A DNA stretch of 61,156 nt from positions 1-61,156 of the IMG/VR virus record IMGVR_UViG_3300045125_000015. The stretch is one strand, 5' to 3'. Position numbers and translations under genes: made by a program. The notes beneath the pieces are model-generated. The model was not told where the DNA came from, made no database searches, and was given only the letters and a program-made list of their open reading frames with translations. Positions 23,026 through 36,355 of this stretch are shown piece by piece; the first letter of the stretch is position 1, and each line of letters starts with the position of its first letter. The DNA comes from a virus. Lineage: Duplodnaviria > Caudoviricetes.

Positions 23026-26000
23026 ATGAGTCTGCACACCCTAGCCCAACATCTCCAGAGCGCCGGCCGCAGGCGATGACCGCGTGCTTGTACATATGAC
23101 CCCGCAGCGAGGTCAGCGGCCTACAGTCCTTGGCCATGGCGCACGGCGGCAGCCTTACCATCAACCCTGAGACTGGCCTGCCAGAAGCGGGCTTCCTGTC
23201 TGGCCATTCTTCCCTGTGGTTGCTGGCGCTGCACTTACTGCTACGGGCGTTGGTGCGCCCATGGCTGCGCTAATGGTTGGCGGTGCTGGTGCGGCTGGCC
23301 ACAGGCAGCTTGAGCAAGGGTTTGATGATGGGCTTGGGCGCATATGGTGGCGCAAGCATGGGTGCGGGTCTTGGTGCTTGGCCAAGCGGCTGCTGCTGGA
23401 TCTGCTGGCTGCAAGCTGCTGCACCAGCGATTGCGGCTGCTGCTGCCTACAGCATTTGCTGGTGGCACAACTCTGTTTACAATGCCAACGCGTCACAGCA
23501 CTTGCTGTAGCACTAGCTCCAATGGTGGCGCTAGGTGTATACCTGGCGGCTGGGGCTCCGGCAGCAGGCAACACCTTTACTGTGCAGCAGTTCCAATTCG
23601 CAACCTGTTGTATCTACGAGCGCCAGCTCAAGCGGCGCGCAGCCAGCTGCTCCTCCAAGCGTAGAGTCCAGCATCATGGACAGGCTAAAAACAGCTGGCG
23701 GCAACGTTGGTAAGTTGTTTGGTTCTTCTGATGAAGACAAAGCATACCGAGAGCAGTTTCTAAAAGAACAGAAATTGCCAATGATAGGTGCAGGTATTGC
23801 TGCTCTGTCGTTGTCACAAGATCAGATGAAACAGCCTCAAAGAGGCTGGCACATACCAGACATTCAATCCTACTTGGAACCGGATGATGCAGTCTGGCGG
23901 CAACTATCAGCCTGGCGCATACACTGGCAACGAGCGAGCGCAGATACTTTGCTGATGGCGGTTTGGCAAATCTGCCAGTTGAGCAGATGTCCCAGCAGAG
24001 CATCTGTAGGCGCAAACACCGATTACCCCATGGCTACACATCCAGTCCGTACGGATACGCAGTGCCGCGCAACGTGCCGGTATCTGAGAACGTGTTCAAG
24101 CCTATGGACTACCAGACGCACTAGATCCGTACACAGGCGAGCAGAAGTTTGCCGGCGGCGGTCTTGCATCGCTTGGTCAGCATGGCTACGGGCGGATTTG
24201 TATCCAAGCTCAAAGCTGTGACCAAGCCAGCAGAGGTCAAACCTAAGCTGCAAAGCACGGCGGCGCTGGACAAACAGATTGCCAACCTTGAGAAGTACAG
24301 CAACGTTGATGAGGTTAAGGGACGATATGCTGACTTGCAAAACCAGATCAAGGATTTGCAGGCAAGCAAGAAAGACCGTGACGCGCAGGCAGCACAGGCG
24401 GCCAAGGATTACAACGCAGCAATTGCGGCTATCAACAAAGAGAAGGCTGCCAACCTGTCTAGCCTGAACGCTGACTTTAGCCAACCGCATCAAGCAGACT
24501 TCAAGCTGACAAAGGTATGCCTGCTAAGGAAAAGCAGGCTGCTATTGCTGGCATCCAGAAGGAACAGAAGGATGCGCAGACAGGCCTGAACACAGACTTT
24601 GCCAACCGTATCAAAGACCGTCAGAACGAGTACAAGGGCTACCAGTCAGAGTTGGCTTGCGTTCAACAAAGACTACAGCACCCAGCTGTCGGCGTTGAAC
24701 AAAGATCTTGGCACGGCTAAGAATGCAACATACCTATGCCACTCAGTACCAGACTGCGGTTGCCAACCGTGACAAGATGCTGGCTGCGAACGAAGCTGCA
24801 ACGAACAAGGCTCAGCGAGACAGAACGATGCTGCGATGGCCAAGTACAACCAGTACCAAGATGCGCTGAATGCAGAGAAGCAGGCGTGGCAGGAAGAGAC
24901 TGGACGCAAGGCGACAGGCATTCAAGCTATCCGTCCGCAGACCACAACCAAAGTCTTGCTGGATAATGCTGCGCAAGATTGCTGATCTTGAAAAACAGAA
25001 TGGCATCATTGCCAACTGGACCGGATGGGAGGTCCCAATCCGCAAGCAGCAGAAATCCAGAAACAGATTGACAATCTGAGAGCTGGTGCACATCTGCCGG
25101 TTATACGCCTGCGTATGTCAAAGATCCAAAGACTGGCAAGCTGATTCCTTCGTCGGAAGTTCCTCCAACTACAGAATTCAAGGCGTTTACCAAGGTTCCA
25201 GGATACGACACGACCAAGCGCCTGATGGAAGAGAAGGACATCTCTGCGGTGTTTGAGGATGTGGCTGGCCGTCGTCCGACTAGCAGTCGGAGATGGACAA
25301 GTTCCTTGGCACTCAGTCCACTGATGCTGCTATCGCTCAGTACGCCATGAACCTGCCGGATGTGAAGCAGGCCATGAAGTACACGGATGACGACTTCAAG
25401 GAAAACTTCCAGTACTACATTGGCCGTCAGCCTACTACCGGCGAGCTGGCATCGATGAAGAAGGCGAAGATTACCAACTTCAACCAGATGCGCAACTTCC
25501 TGCAACAGCAGCCTGCGTACCTGAAGAACCTGAACGCGGTTGCCCAGCAGTCGTTTGCCGCACAACAGAAATCCGCAGAAGATGCGCTGGCAGAACAGGC
25601 AAGATTGTCAGCATCGTTGACTCCAGAGCAGGTATCTACGGCCTACCGTGATGCGCTTGGTCGTCAGCCCACGATGGATGAGCTGCGTCAGTACATGGGC
25701 GCACAGCAGACACAAGAAGGTTTGGCTGGCGTGCTGAAGGGTACGCCTGAGTACCTGACCAAGCTGACTCAGCCTTTGGTTCCAACGCCGTCAGCACCTA
25801 AGTACGCTCCGGGCACTGTGTATTGGATACACGCCAGAGCAGAAGGCGGCTACAGGATTGGGCGCTATTACTGGTGGTGTGCAGCCTACGCCGTCAGGCT
25901 TGCAGGCTCCGCTGACCCGTGGTGCTGTGACACTGGAAGGCGCGATGCCGCTGAATCCTACGTTCACAGAGCAGATGGGATTGCAGACTCTGGCTTCTCA

Positions 26001-26491
26001 AGCGGCAGAGAAAGCACCTGCAGTTGCAGACTGGCTTGCAATTCGCAGCTGCCCAGCCGCAGAACGTGTTTGGATTCCAGCCTTATGGTCAGCCAGCCGC
26101 AAGGATCGCCACAGTCTATCGAGGCAATGCTGGCAGCTCTTCGCGCACAACAGCAGCAGGGTGTGACGCAGATGGCAGACGGTGGCTACGCTGGCGGCGG
26201 ATATCACTTAGGCGATTACTCGGACGGTGGTCGTTTGCTGAAAGGACCAGGAAACGGCAGTTAGCGATTCTATTCCCGCTTCTATTGGCGATAAACAGCC
26301 AGCACGACTTGCTGACTGGAGAATTTGTTTTGCCCGGCGAGAATTGTTTCTGAACTTGGCAACGGTGATACGGACGCTGGCGCACGAGAGTTGTACGCGA
26401 TGATGGATCGTATCCAACGGGCAGGGGAAAACCGTTGGCAAAGGTAAAGTAGCTGTAGATGCAAGAGCTAGAAAAGCTGCTTCCTGCATGA
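23026..26491 (+). CDS. Large internal virion/ejection protein (many indels; may be more than one gene)
   Basis: MSLHTLAQHLQSAGR...VLVHMTP.EV.GLQSLAMAHGGSLTINPETGLPEA; Ala/Gly-rich segment and coiled coils; C-terminal GRLLKGPG.G.SDSIPA...GEFV...VSELGNG. Confidence 0.55.
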
Positions 26492-26933
26492 AGCTAGACA
26501 TAGCTTTCATACCGTATGGCTCGATAGCCGGGACTATCCCCGCCATCATGCCGTATCTGGCAGAGTCGGCTAAACGCAGTAGGGGACGGGCAAGCGTGGA
26601 CGATATCCTGCGCTTCCTGTTCTCCGGCGAGATGCAGCTCTGGGTGGTATTTGATGATGAGACCAAAGAGGCGCACGGTCACTTCATCACAGAGGTCAAG
26701 CAGTACCCGCAGTGCAAGATGTTGGTCATCCAGTACGCAGCCATGATTGCCGAACTACATGGCTGAGATTGAGGCGACTGATGCAGAGTTATGCAGAAGA
26801 TTACGCGGTAAGGGCTGGCTGCAAGGGCATTGAGTTCGTTGGCAGACCGGGATGGAAGAAGCACGCTGAGAAGTATGGCTACACAGCACAGAGCGTGACG
26901 TACCAGAGATTTTTTGAGCAGGGGCTACTATGA
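26488..26933 (+). CDS. GNAT-like virion-associated protein (frameshifted)
   Basis: SGEMQLWVV...ITEVKQYPQCKML...GCKGIEFVGRPGWKK...YGY. Confidence 0.55.
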
Positions 26934-28042
26934 GCCGTATATCTTTTGGGATGATGGAAGCTGGGTTTATCCCCGGTGATCTTGGCGCTTTCAAGGCAGA
27001 GGGCGGCAAGATCCGTTTGTATGACAGCGGCGGCGGCGGCAGCCAGCCTAGCGCAACCACGCAGACTCAGCTGACCTATCCGGCAGAGTTCAAGCCGATG
27101 GTCTACGAGACCGCGCAGCGGGCGATGGCCGAGGCATCTACTCCGTACACGGCGTACAAGGGTGAGCGGATTGCTGGCTTTGACCCGTTCCAACTGACCG
27201 CCCAGCAGGCTGTGGCCAACCTTGGTCCATCCCAGCAGCTTGGTACTGCCAGCCAGTTTGCTACCGGCGCAGGTCTGAAAGCAGGCGATGTGCAGTACGC
27301 TCCGCAGCAGTTTGGCACGGCAAGCTTTACCACGCCCGGTCTGGCTGGTCTGTACATGTCGCCCTACGCCCAGAACGTCATCGACATCCAGCAGCGCGAG
27401 GCACAGCGTCAGGCAGACATCGCTGGCTCAAGCAGCTGAAAGCGCAGGCGGTCAGCTCGTGGTGCGTACGGCGGTAGCCGTCAGGCAATTCTGGAGGCAG
27501 AGGCAGCACGTAACCTTGCTACAGCAGAAGGGTGACATCCAGAAGGCTGGCTTACAAGCAGCTTACGAGCAGGCACAGAATCTCTACGGCACAGAGGCAC
27601 AGCGTGCGCTGGCAGCCCAGCAGGCGCAGGAGACAGTCGCGTCAGTACGGCGCAGGGCTTGACCATGCAGGGATTGCAGACGCAGCTACAGGCGGCACAA
27701 GGGCTTGGGTGCGCTGGGGCAAGAGCAGATGCAGCAGCAGCAGGCAATTATCAACGCCCTGCAAGCGGCTGGCCAGCAGCGTCAGGCGCTCCAGCAGGCA
27801 CAGCTTACCCGCCAGTACGAAGACTTTCTCCAGCAGAAACAGTACCCGTACCAGCAGCTTGCGTTCATGCAGGAAATGCTCAAGGGCGTGCCGCAGCAGA
27901 CAACACAGTCAATCTACCAAGCACCGCCGTCTACTACCGCACAGCTGGCTGGCTATGGGTACGGCGCTGTACGGTGCGAGCAAGCTATTTGCCAGGCGGC
28001 GGCCTAGCCGATCTGGCAGTTGAACATCTCTCGAAAGGTTGA
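26930..28042 (+). CDS. Putative DNA ejection/pilot protein (frameshifted)
   Basis: PYTAYKGERIAGF...YMSPYAQNVID...GAYGGSRQAILEAE; Gln/Ala-rich. Confidence 0.55.
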
Positions 28043-28044
28043 TC

Positions 28045-29389
28045 ATGAAGCGTGATGATTTCGGGATGCGGATAGATGAAGTCCGCGAGCTGGCAACGAA
28101 GTACTCGAAGCCAGAGCTGGCGCGGATGGTGCAGATGGGGCTGATTCCCCCGCAGCAGGCTTTGATGGCCGGCATGATGATCGACCGCATTGCCAAGTCC
28201 GCTATGCAGCCTCCGCAGACTACCGTGGCTCAGGATGTATTGGCGGCTCCAGCAGCTCCCGCAGCAAGGCATTATGGGTGCGCCTGGTGCTCCGGCTCCT
28301 AGCGGCGGGGTGGCAACGTTGCCATCTGGCCTGCAAAACATGGCGGGTGGCGGCATTGTCGCGTTTGCTGACGGCGGCACCCCAGAGGACATGATCCGCG
28401 CTAACCGCGAGGCTAACGCTGCTTTGTCTGGCATGTCACAAGATCAGGGGCTGACGCTGCCGGGCGGCTTCCAATTCCGGCCGTACGACATGCCTAAGCC
28501 TACGGACATCAAGTCTGAGATGGCGGCACAGCGCGAAGCAGAGCGTGAGGCTGGCGTAGATCCTGACCTGTACAAGCGCATGCGTGAGGAAGAAGCTGGC
28601 CGTCGTGATGAGCTGAAAGGACGTCGCGAGGAGGCTAAGGGCGAGGCGCTGTTGATGGCTGGCCTTGGTCTGATGGGTGCCCGCAAGGGTCAGGAGTTCC
28701 AAGCTCTGTCAGACGTTGGCCGTCAGGCTGTGCAACAGTACAGCGGCGCTTTGCGTGAGATACGCGACACAGAGAAGGACATCAAGAAAACCGAGCGTGA
28801 GCTTATGTTTGCCGAGGATCGTGCCAAGCGCGACCAGTCCGGCAAGGCGTTGTCTCGTGTGCAATCCAAGCAGGACAAACTGGATGAGTTGCAAGTTCGC
28901 CAGACGGACCAGTACAACAAGGCTGCTGAGAAGGCATCTGACCTGTTTGTCACCAAGTACGGCATCGACGAGAACGCGAAGAAAGCGCTGGAAGTTGCCA
29001 AGACTAGCGGCGCTTACCAAATTGCCGTTGCAAAAATCCATGCGGCAGCTGCTGGCAAACCAGGAGAAACAGAACGATTGCTTGGCAGATACCATGACAT
29101 TCTGGCTAAGGAAGGTCCAGAGGCTGCGGCAAAATTCATGGGCGATGTTGAGCGTGTGCGCGGTGCGGGAAAACCTCAGAACATTCTAAGTTTTGAGGAA
29201 GCCATGAAAATTGTGGCTAACAATCCTATTAACGCCGCAAAATCTCCTGAAGAGCAGATGGCTATGGCTAAAAAACTGATGGCATCTGATCCTATGCGTG
29301 CAGGTCAAGCCGGCGGCACAACTGTTCCTAATCCATTTAAACTTAGCCCCGAGGCAGAAGCAGCACTGAAACAATACGGCGGACGATAA
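28045..29389 (+). CDS. Putative internal virion protein (frameshifted)
   Basis: ORFs 28039-28302 and 28190-29389; MAGGGIVAFADGG motif; helical. Confidence 0.55.
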
Positions 29390-32300
29390 ATGGCAACGGT
29401 ACAAGAGCTTGAGCGAGCCTTTCTAAACGCACACAACGCGGGGGATAAGCAGGCCGCACAGGCTCTGGCTGATGCTCTCCGTCAGTCCATGGTTTCCCAG
29501 CCGAGAACCAGCAGCGCCCCAAGAAAGACCTGAAACTGGCTTTGTGGCCGGCATCAAATCTGGCTACGAGCGCCTGAAGGGCGACATCGGCGCTATTGGT
29601 GCGGCAGCTGGGGTTCCAAGGTGCGGAGGAATACGCCGCCAAGCAGCGGGAGAAAGCAGGCGAGATCTACCGCCAGCCTGAGTTCACAGAAGCTCCTGTC
29701 TCGTATCTGACCGGCCTGCTTGGCCAATCCATCCCGTACATGGCAGCGCCTGTAGCAGCGGCCGCAGCAGCTCCCGAAGCATTGGGTGCGCTGGGTGCGG
29801 CTGGTCTGGCTGGCTTGGCATCGGCTACACAGTTCACCGGCTCCAACATTTCCCGCCAGCTTGAGGAAGGCGTATCCGCTAAGGACGCAAATGTCCTCAA
29901 AGCTGTTGCTGCGTCTGTCCCGCAGGCAGCGCTGGATGTGGTCAGTTTCCGCATGATCCCCGGCATCAGAAGATCTTTGGTTCTGTTGGTCGTGAACTGA
30001 CGGAGCAGGAGGCAGCTGTTATTGCCAAGGACGGAATCCTCGGCAGACCATGACCAACGCGGTCAAGTCATACGGTCCATCAGCCCTGAAGACTGCCGGC
30101 GTGGAAGGGACCACAGAAGCTGGCGCAACAGTTCTTTGAGCGCCTGCAAGCTGGGTTATCCATATCGGACGAGGATGCTCGCCGTGAGTATCTGGATAAC
30201 TTTGTCGGTGGCGCATTACTGGGTGGAACTCTGTCTATACCAGGTCGGGCGGTGGAGAAAGCTCAGGCTCGTCAGCGACTGGCAGCCCAGCGGGAAGAAG
30301 CTCCAGCCGAACAAGTGGCAACGTTGCCACCCTCCAAGGCTGTTGCCAGATCCAGTGGCGCCAAGCTGCACCTGCCGTAGAGGCTCTGCCTGTTGCTCCG
30401 CCACCTACCGCCCCAGAAGCCGTAGCTCCAAAGGTTGCTGCCACAGAAGAGGACAAGACTTCGCGCTCAGGGCAGAGGCCGCGCCAGAGGGTGAGTACGT
30501 ATCCGAGTGAGCCGCAGCCGAAAGCCGCCAGAAAGTTGCGGACATCAGAAAGAGCGTACAGACTTTGAGAAGCAGGTTGAAACGCTGAAGAAAGGCCAGC
30601 CGGGCAAGAGCTTGTGGTCGGCAGTCCAAAGGCAAGCTGGTTCCGTCAGAGCTTGCAGAACTGGGCGAGCGCTAAGCGTTTGTTCAGCCTGCGTGCGGCT
30701 AAGGATACTCGTGGCTACACCATTGCCGATCTTGTGGCTGATGGTGAGCTGGACGCTTGGTTGCCGCCGGAATACCGCAAAGGTTCCGGTTGATGCAGAG
30801 ATGCAGATGGATCCGCGGGCGGCACTGGATCGTGACCTTGCGGCAGAAGAGCACATTAAAGAAATTGTTCAGGTCTGGCAACTACCTGACGCTATGCGAC
30901 CACATGAAAGACTTAGAGCAAATTGGTTCCGGATCATTGTCAGATTTAGAGGACTGCTTACCGGGAGACATATCGATGCAAAAACATTCAACGATCTCGT
31001 CCAAGAAGCGGTCGATGAGCAAGGAAGAATTTATCAAGACGCTGAGGCAGCTCTCACCGAAGCAGAGGTTGGAGGTCTTGAGCCACCTGCGCGAGTTTTC
31101 GAAACCATCCCAGAACAGAGAGTAGAGGATGAATACTATCCCGATATGAGTGAGGTGAGAGACACCTCCTCCTCAGAACTGCGCTAAGAGATAAAGGAAG
31201 ACAAGATTGATAAAGAGCAGCAAAAATCTGCTGGCCTATCAGAAACAATAGGTGAGCTGCTCCGCATAAATCAAGTTCCAGAAAGCATTAAACACCGAGC
31301 CAAAATACAAAAGGGTTGAGGGTGAGTGTTTCTATGTCTTTCGAGGGTGAACCTAACAAACAGCTATCTGATTTTGTTTCCAATAACGAATCAAGCGGTG
31401 TTATCTCGGCACTTCAAAATAGCGGCAATCCATTTCATCCAAAGGATTGGCGATAACGCTTGCCAGTCAAGCCAGCCCGTTTAGGTGTTGGGCTTTATCC
31501 TGATAATGCCGCAAGAAGCATCAAGAAGTATGCAGGTATTTATGTGCCGGGCGAGCGCAAACATTCTACATGCGCAGCAAAGCAATGGCTGCATCTGGCA
31601 GTCATGCGGTTGCGCATGAGGTTGTACATCACCTAACGCTTGATGCTTTGCGTAACGCCAACCGCAGAACAAAAACGCGTGATCTGTTGAGCAAAATAGA
31701 AAAACTACTTCAAGCACTGAGTAGAGTTATTCGTCTTGCTCAAACAAGGAAAGGGAAAACTTTATGGTTTGAAGAAATCAACGCGCTGAGTTCGTTGCAG
31801 AAGCTAACTGCAAGCGTTAAGTTTTCAATACGAGCTATGCAGAAGATACCTTAGCGAAAGCAAAATGGCGATCGGATGCATTTGACACGATTGTTGTATC
31901 CGCAAGTTGCTTGGTTGTTACCAAGCCATACCAAACGGCGCTGGATCACGGTAAAGACCATCAGAATCCATCTTTGACGAAGATGTAGACGTTGTTGTCG
32001 ACAAGACCATAGCCAAGCAGCAAAGTATGGAAAAGAAGAAGTAATTGGGTTGGAGAAAGAAGAGCCAAGCAAGGTTGAGAAAGCCAAGGAAGCGGTCAAG
32101 GCTGCCATCCAGCCCCGCAAGCTGCCGAAGAGTCAGTTCGATGGCGTGGCTGACGATTACTACGATGCACTCAAGCCTATCTTTGCGCCTGAGAAAAAGA
32201 CCATCGTGGACAAGATCGACGGTATGCGCGATGACTTCTGGCGCAAGCTGGCGCAGGGCATAGCTGACCAGTACCGCACGATTAAGGACTACAGCGAAGA

Positions 32301-34802
32301 AGCCTACATGAAGGCTCGCATGTCCAAGACCATAGACGGTGCGCTGGAGGGCATCCTGTTCAACGGCGAGGTCAAGCTGACTGACGGTGCGCTGGATATT
32401 GCCAAGGACACCAAGGGTCTGCTGAAAGTGCTGGAGCCGATTGGCAACGAGGTTGATCGTTACCAGATTTGGGTGGCACTAAACCGTGATGCGCAGCTGG
32501 TCAAGCAGGGCAAAGCTCCGTCCGTCAATAAGGATCTGGTTGCTCGACGTAATGAGCTGGCTGCCGGCAAGATTGGTAACAAATCCAGGCTGGAGGTATA
32601 TCAGCAGGTTCAGAAGGATATGAACAAGCTGAATCGTTCTGTGCTGAAGTATCGCTGTCCCGGCAGGGCATCATCGACAAAGAGGCGTACAAGATCTACG
32701 CCCGTGACATCAACTACATTCCGTTCTACAAAGTCATGGACGAGAACGGTGATGTGCAGTCTGCCGCTACCAAGTCAGGGCTGGTCAGCCAGTACTTCTC
32801 AAAGGCGCTGAAGGGTGGAGAGAAGCCGTTCGGTGATCTTGATGGAAAACACCCTGCGGAACTGGAGCCATATCCTGTCAGCCTCCATGAAGAACGAGGC
32901 TGCGAATGCCACGGTCCGTGCAGCTATGGACATGGGCGCTGCGTATCCAAACCTCAAAGGTCGGGCTCGATGTGGCGTGACGGCAAGGTCTACAGCGCCA
33001 AGTCTGGTCGAGCTGGTCAACGGCGGCAAGCTCAAGCCTGAGTTCACCACCAGCGGCAAGGGCATGGTCAAGACCATGATCGGTGGCAAGCAAGCGTACT
33101 TTGATGTGGTAGATCCGCTGCTGCTTGAGTCCATCATGTCCATCGGCTACATGGGTCCGAAGTCCAAGTTCTTGGATGTGGCGCGTGACTTCAAGAACAT
33201 GCTGCAATTTGGCGTTACGCTATCGCCTGCGTTCAAGATCCGCAACTTGTTCCGCGACTCCATCATCCGCCATGGCGGTCAGTGACCTGAAGAAGAACCC
33301 GTTTGCCAACGTGGTGAATGGCTGGGTATGCATCAGACAATGAACAACCCTGCGCATATCTCTGCACTGGCTGGCGGCGCGATCTTCAACTTTGGTTCTG
33401 CCTATGAAGGCGACCAAGCCAAGATGATCAAGCGCCTGCTGGACAAGGGCGTGTCTGGTGACTCCATCCTCGACAACGAGAAGAAGATTGAGCGCGGTCT
33501 GAAGGCGGCATACAAGGCGTACCAAGACTGGGGCAACAAGTCTGAAGCGGCCAACCGTATGGCGCTGTACAACCAGCTCAAGAGAAAAAGGACTACAGCC
33601 ATCTTGAGGCATCGTTCTACGCCCGTGACATGCTGGACTTTTCCATGCAGGGTGCGTGGCCTGCCTTCCGGCTGGTTACGCAGGTAGTGCCGTTCCTGAA
33701 CGCTCGTGTGCAGGGTCTGTACAAGCTTGGCCGTGACGGACTTATCCCTACCAGCCGCGTGATCTACAACACTGTCTACTGGCAAGCCGATAGATGCTAC
33801 GGACAAGCAGAAAGCCGAGCAGTTCAGCGTAGTCATGGGCGCTGTGGCACTGGCCTCGCTCATGCTGTACATGGCGTTCAAGGACGACGACGAGTTCAAG
33901 AAGCGCGAGCAGTGGGACCGCGATAACTTCTGGTGGTTCAAGTTGCCAGGCATGGATTCGGCTATCCGCGTACCTAAGCCATTTGAGATTGGTGCGCTAT
34001 GGAACTATGGCCGAGCGCGTGGCAGAGCAGATCTTTGACAGCGGCGCGGAAGGCAAAGTGTTTGAGCAGAGCATGAAGCGTATGCTGACTGACACGTTCG
34101 CCATCAACCCCATCCCGCAGATGATCAAGCCGCTGGTGGATCTGTACGCCAACAAGGACAGCTTCACCGGTGCGCCGATTGAGACTGCCGGCATGGAACG
34201 TCTGTCCAAGGATCAAGCGTATTGCAGAGAAGACCAGCCCGCTGGCTATCGCACTGTCCAAGGTATCCAACGTATTCCTGCCAGAGTCCACGGAGGTCTC
34301 TCCTGTGCAGGCCGACTATGCGATCAAGGCGTACTTTGGCTGGCTGGGCGGTACGGCATCGTGGGCATCTCACTACGCTGTGCAGCCGTTCTCAAAGTCT
34401 GCCTACCCGGACAATGACTGGACTGAAACTATGTCGATGGGATTCATCAAGTCCCTGCCGGCAACGCAGTCCAAGTACGTCACGGCGTTCTACGAGAACA
34501 ACAAGGAGATCAGCCAAGCTTATGCTGACATGCGCCACTTCGCCCAGCTAGGCGAGGCAGACAAGGTGCAGGAGATCCTGAAGGAGAAGGGCGACAAGAT
34601 TGCCATGGCCAAGTTCTATGACAATGCGTCCAAGGATATGGCCAAGGTACGCCAAGCCATCCTGCACATCCGGGCGGATGAGAACATGACTGGCGCTCAG
34701 AAGAAGGAAGAGATTGACCGGCTGAAGATAATCATCGGCGAGATAGCCAAGCAGATGGAGGACGCAAGGCTGATGGTTAAGAAGAGTTATGCCGCTCAAT
34801 AG
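29390..34802 (+). CDS. Large polyvalent/ejection protein with HExxH motif and C-terminal LPD38-like domain (many indels)
   Basis: AHEVVHH at about 31612-31632; INYIPFYK; QFGVTLSPAFKIRNLFRD; VVPFLNARVQG; W.RDNFWWF...RVPKPFEIG; DLYANKDSFTGAPIE. Last gene of the + strand module. Confidence 0.65.
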
Positions 34803-35062
34803 TCATGGCCATCAAGATCCCACTCTGTGAGCTTGTACCGTGTATAAAACCCTCTGCTTCCTAACCCGTGGTAGCCAGCTTGATCCCTGATGGTGCTCTG
34901 GGCAGAGTGGAATCACCAGCCAGTCTGAAGCCCGCTGCGCTCCTCCGACCGCGTCCCGTGGATGGTGGAGGTGAGCAGGCGTGTGACCGTAGCCCAAGAT
35001 GGTGGCAGAGCACGCAGCCAATCTCTGGCTACTTCGTTCATATACTGCTTAACTGTCTTCAT
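34777..35062 (-). CDS. Ref-like (recombination enhancement) HNH nuclease
   Basis: GC.LC...LGYGHTPAHLHHPR...RASDWLVIPLCPEHHQGS...; indels. Confidence 0.65.
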
Positions 35063-35249
35063 TGATTCGATCCAGAACTAGCTGCGGCAGAGTCTCTGCC
35101 GTCGTCAATGATGTACGTGGTCTTGAGGATAAGGAATGCACCGCTTGGTAGCCGCATCCCATCCGGCAGAAAAGGCAGACTCTTGCAAGACCCCATGCTT
35201 TGACGCATCCATGGCAGACCAGCTTTTGTAGCTCTCACTCTTCTTCATC

Positions 35250-35441
35250 TTCCCTCCCAAATTTTCGGTAGTTTGTAGTACTTCTCCCATGTCTCCTGCG
35301 GTATCTCGATGGACATCATCTTGATAGTCGCAGTCCTTGCAAACGCGCTGACGCTGCACGAAGTCAAACGTGTTCGATGATGTCACGATACCGCCTGGTG
35401 TCAGTGACGGCGGTCTTCTTATCGCAGTGTGGGCACCACAT
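35250..35441 (-). CDS. Small NrdR-like Zn-ribbon protein
   Basis: MWCPHCDKKTAVTDTR...VQRQRVCKDCDY. Confidence 0.5.
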
Positions 35442-35442
35442 A

Positions 35443-36355
35443 TTATTTAAGTATCTTGTCTGCTGCGAGGAAAATGGTCTCCAGCGATGTAAGCGTAGGC
35501 CGGTATCCCAGTGCGTAGGCTGCGGTGTTCGTGGAGTAGTACTTCTCCTTGATGCCCGTGGTTGGCATTCCTGCCGGGTAGCCAGTGGTCTCGTACTCCA
35601 GCCCGTACCGCTCGGCCATCTTGACCAGCAGGGTGTCCTTGCTGACAGGCTGCCGGCTGTAGCAGTCTATCGCCGTGTTGATGTTGTCCGTGGATAGCAG
35701 CACGTTGATCATCTGGAAGAAGTCCAGCGGGCCGATGTAATCCCGGACGATCTGGTTGCGGTCTACGCGGTAAGTCACCTTGTCTTGTATGGCGCGGATC
35801 ATGTCTGTGATCATGAACCTGTGCTTCAAGCTCATGCTGTGGCTGAAGTAATTGAACACCCGCAGGTCGATGATGTTGCGGTCAGACACGCGGTGCCGTA
35901 TCTCTGCCATGGCCTTGGCTGCGCCGTAGTAATGCTCAGGCTGGAGGTTGTTGATGGGCAGCACACAGGTCTTCTGTGCAGTCTGCGGGCGTGGAGAAGT
36001 TGTCTCCGAACGCTGCGCCGCTGGACATAAAGATGTACAGGCAGTGTTTGTTGTGATCCAGATAATCCATCGCCATCCGGTCAAACGTTTCCGTGATGTT
36101 GAAGATGTTGGCACCCATCTTCTTGACCCGCTCAGGGTTGCCTGCGCCCACGAAGTTGATGATGGCGTCCAGCCCGCTGGTGGCAGGAAAGTCAAAGTAC
36201 GTGCGGCTGTTGTAGTTCCGCAGGTTCTTTTCAACCATCCACCTGCCCATAGCCGTAGCCTCGCGGGAGAACAGTTCAAGATGGTGCTCGTCACCGAAGG
36301 ACTGGATCAGGTCTTTGGCGATCTGGCTGGTAGCGCCGAGGATAGCGATCTTCAT
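35443..36355 (-). CDS. NAD-dependent epimerase/dehydratase/reductase (extended SDR)
   Basis: MKIAILGATSQIA Rossmann start; YIFMSSGAAFG; YYGAAK (YxxxK); LRVFNYF; RDYI. Indel near 35990. Confidence 0.85.
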
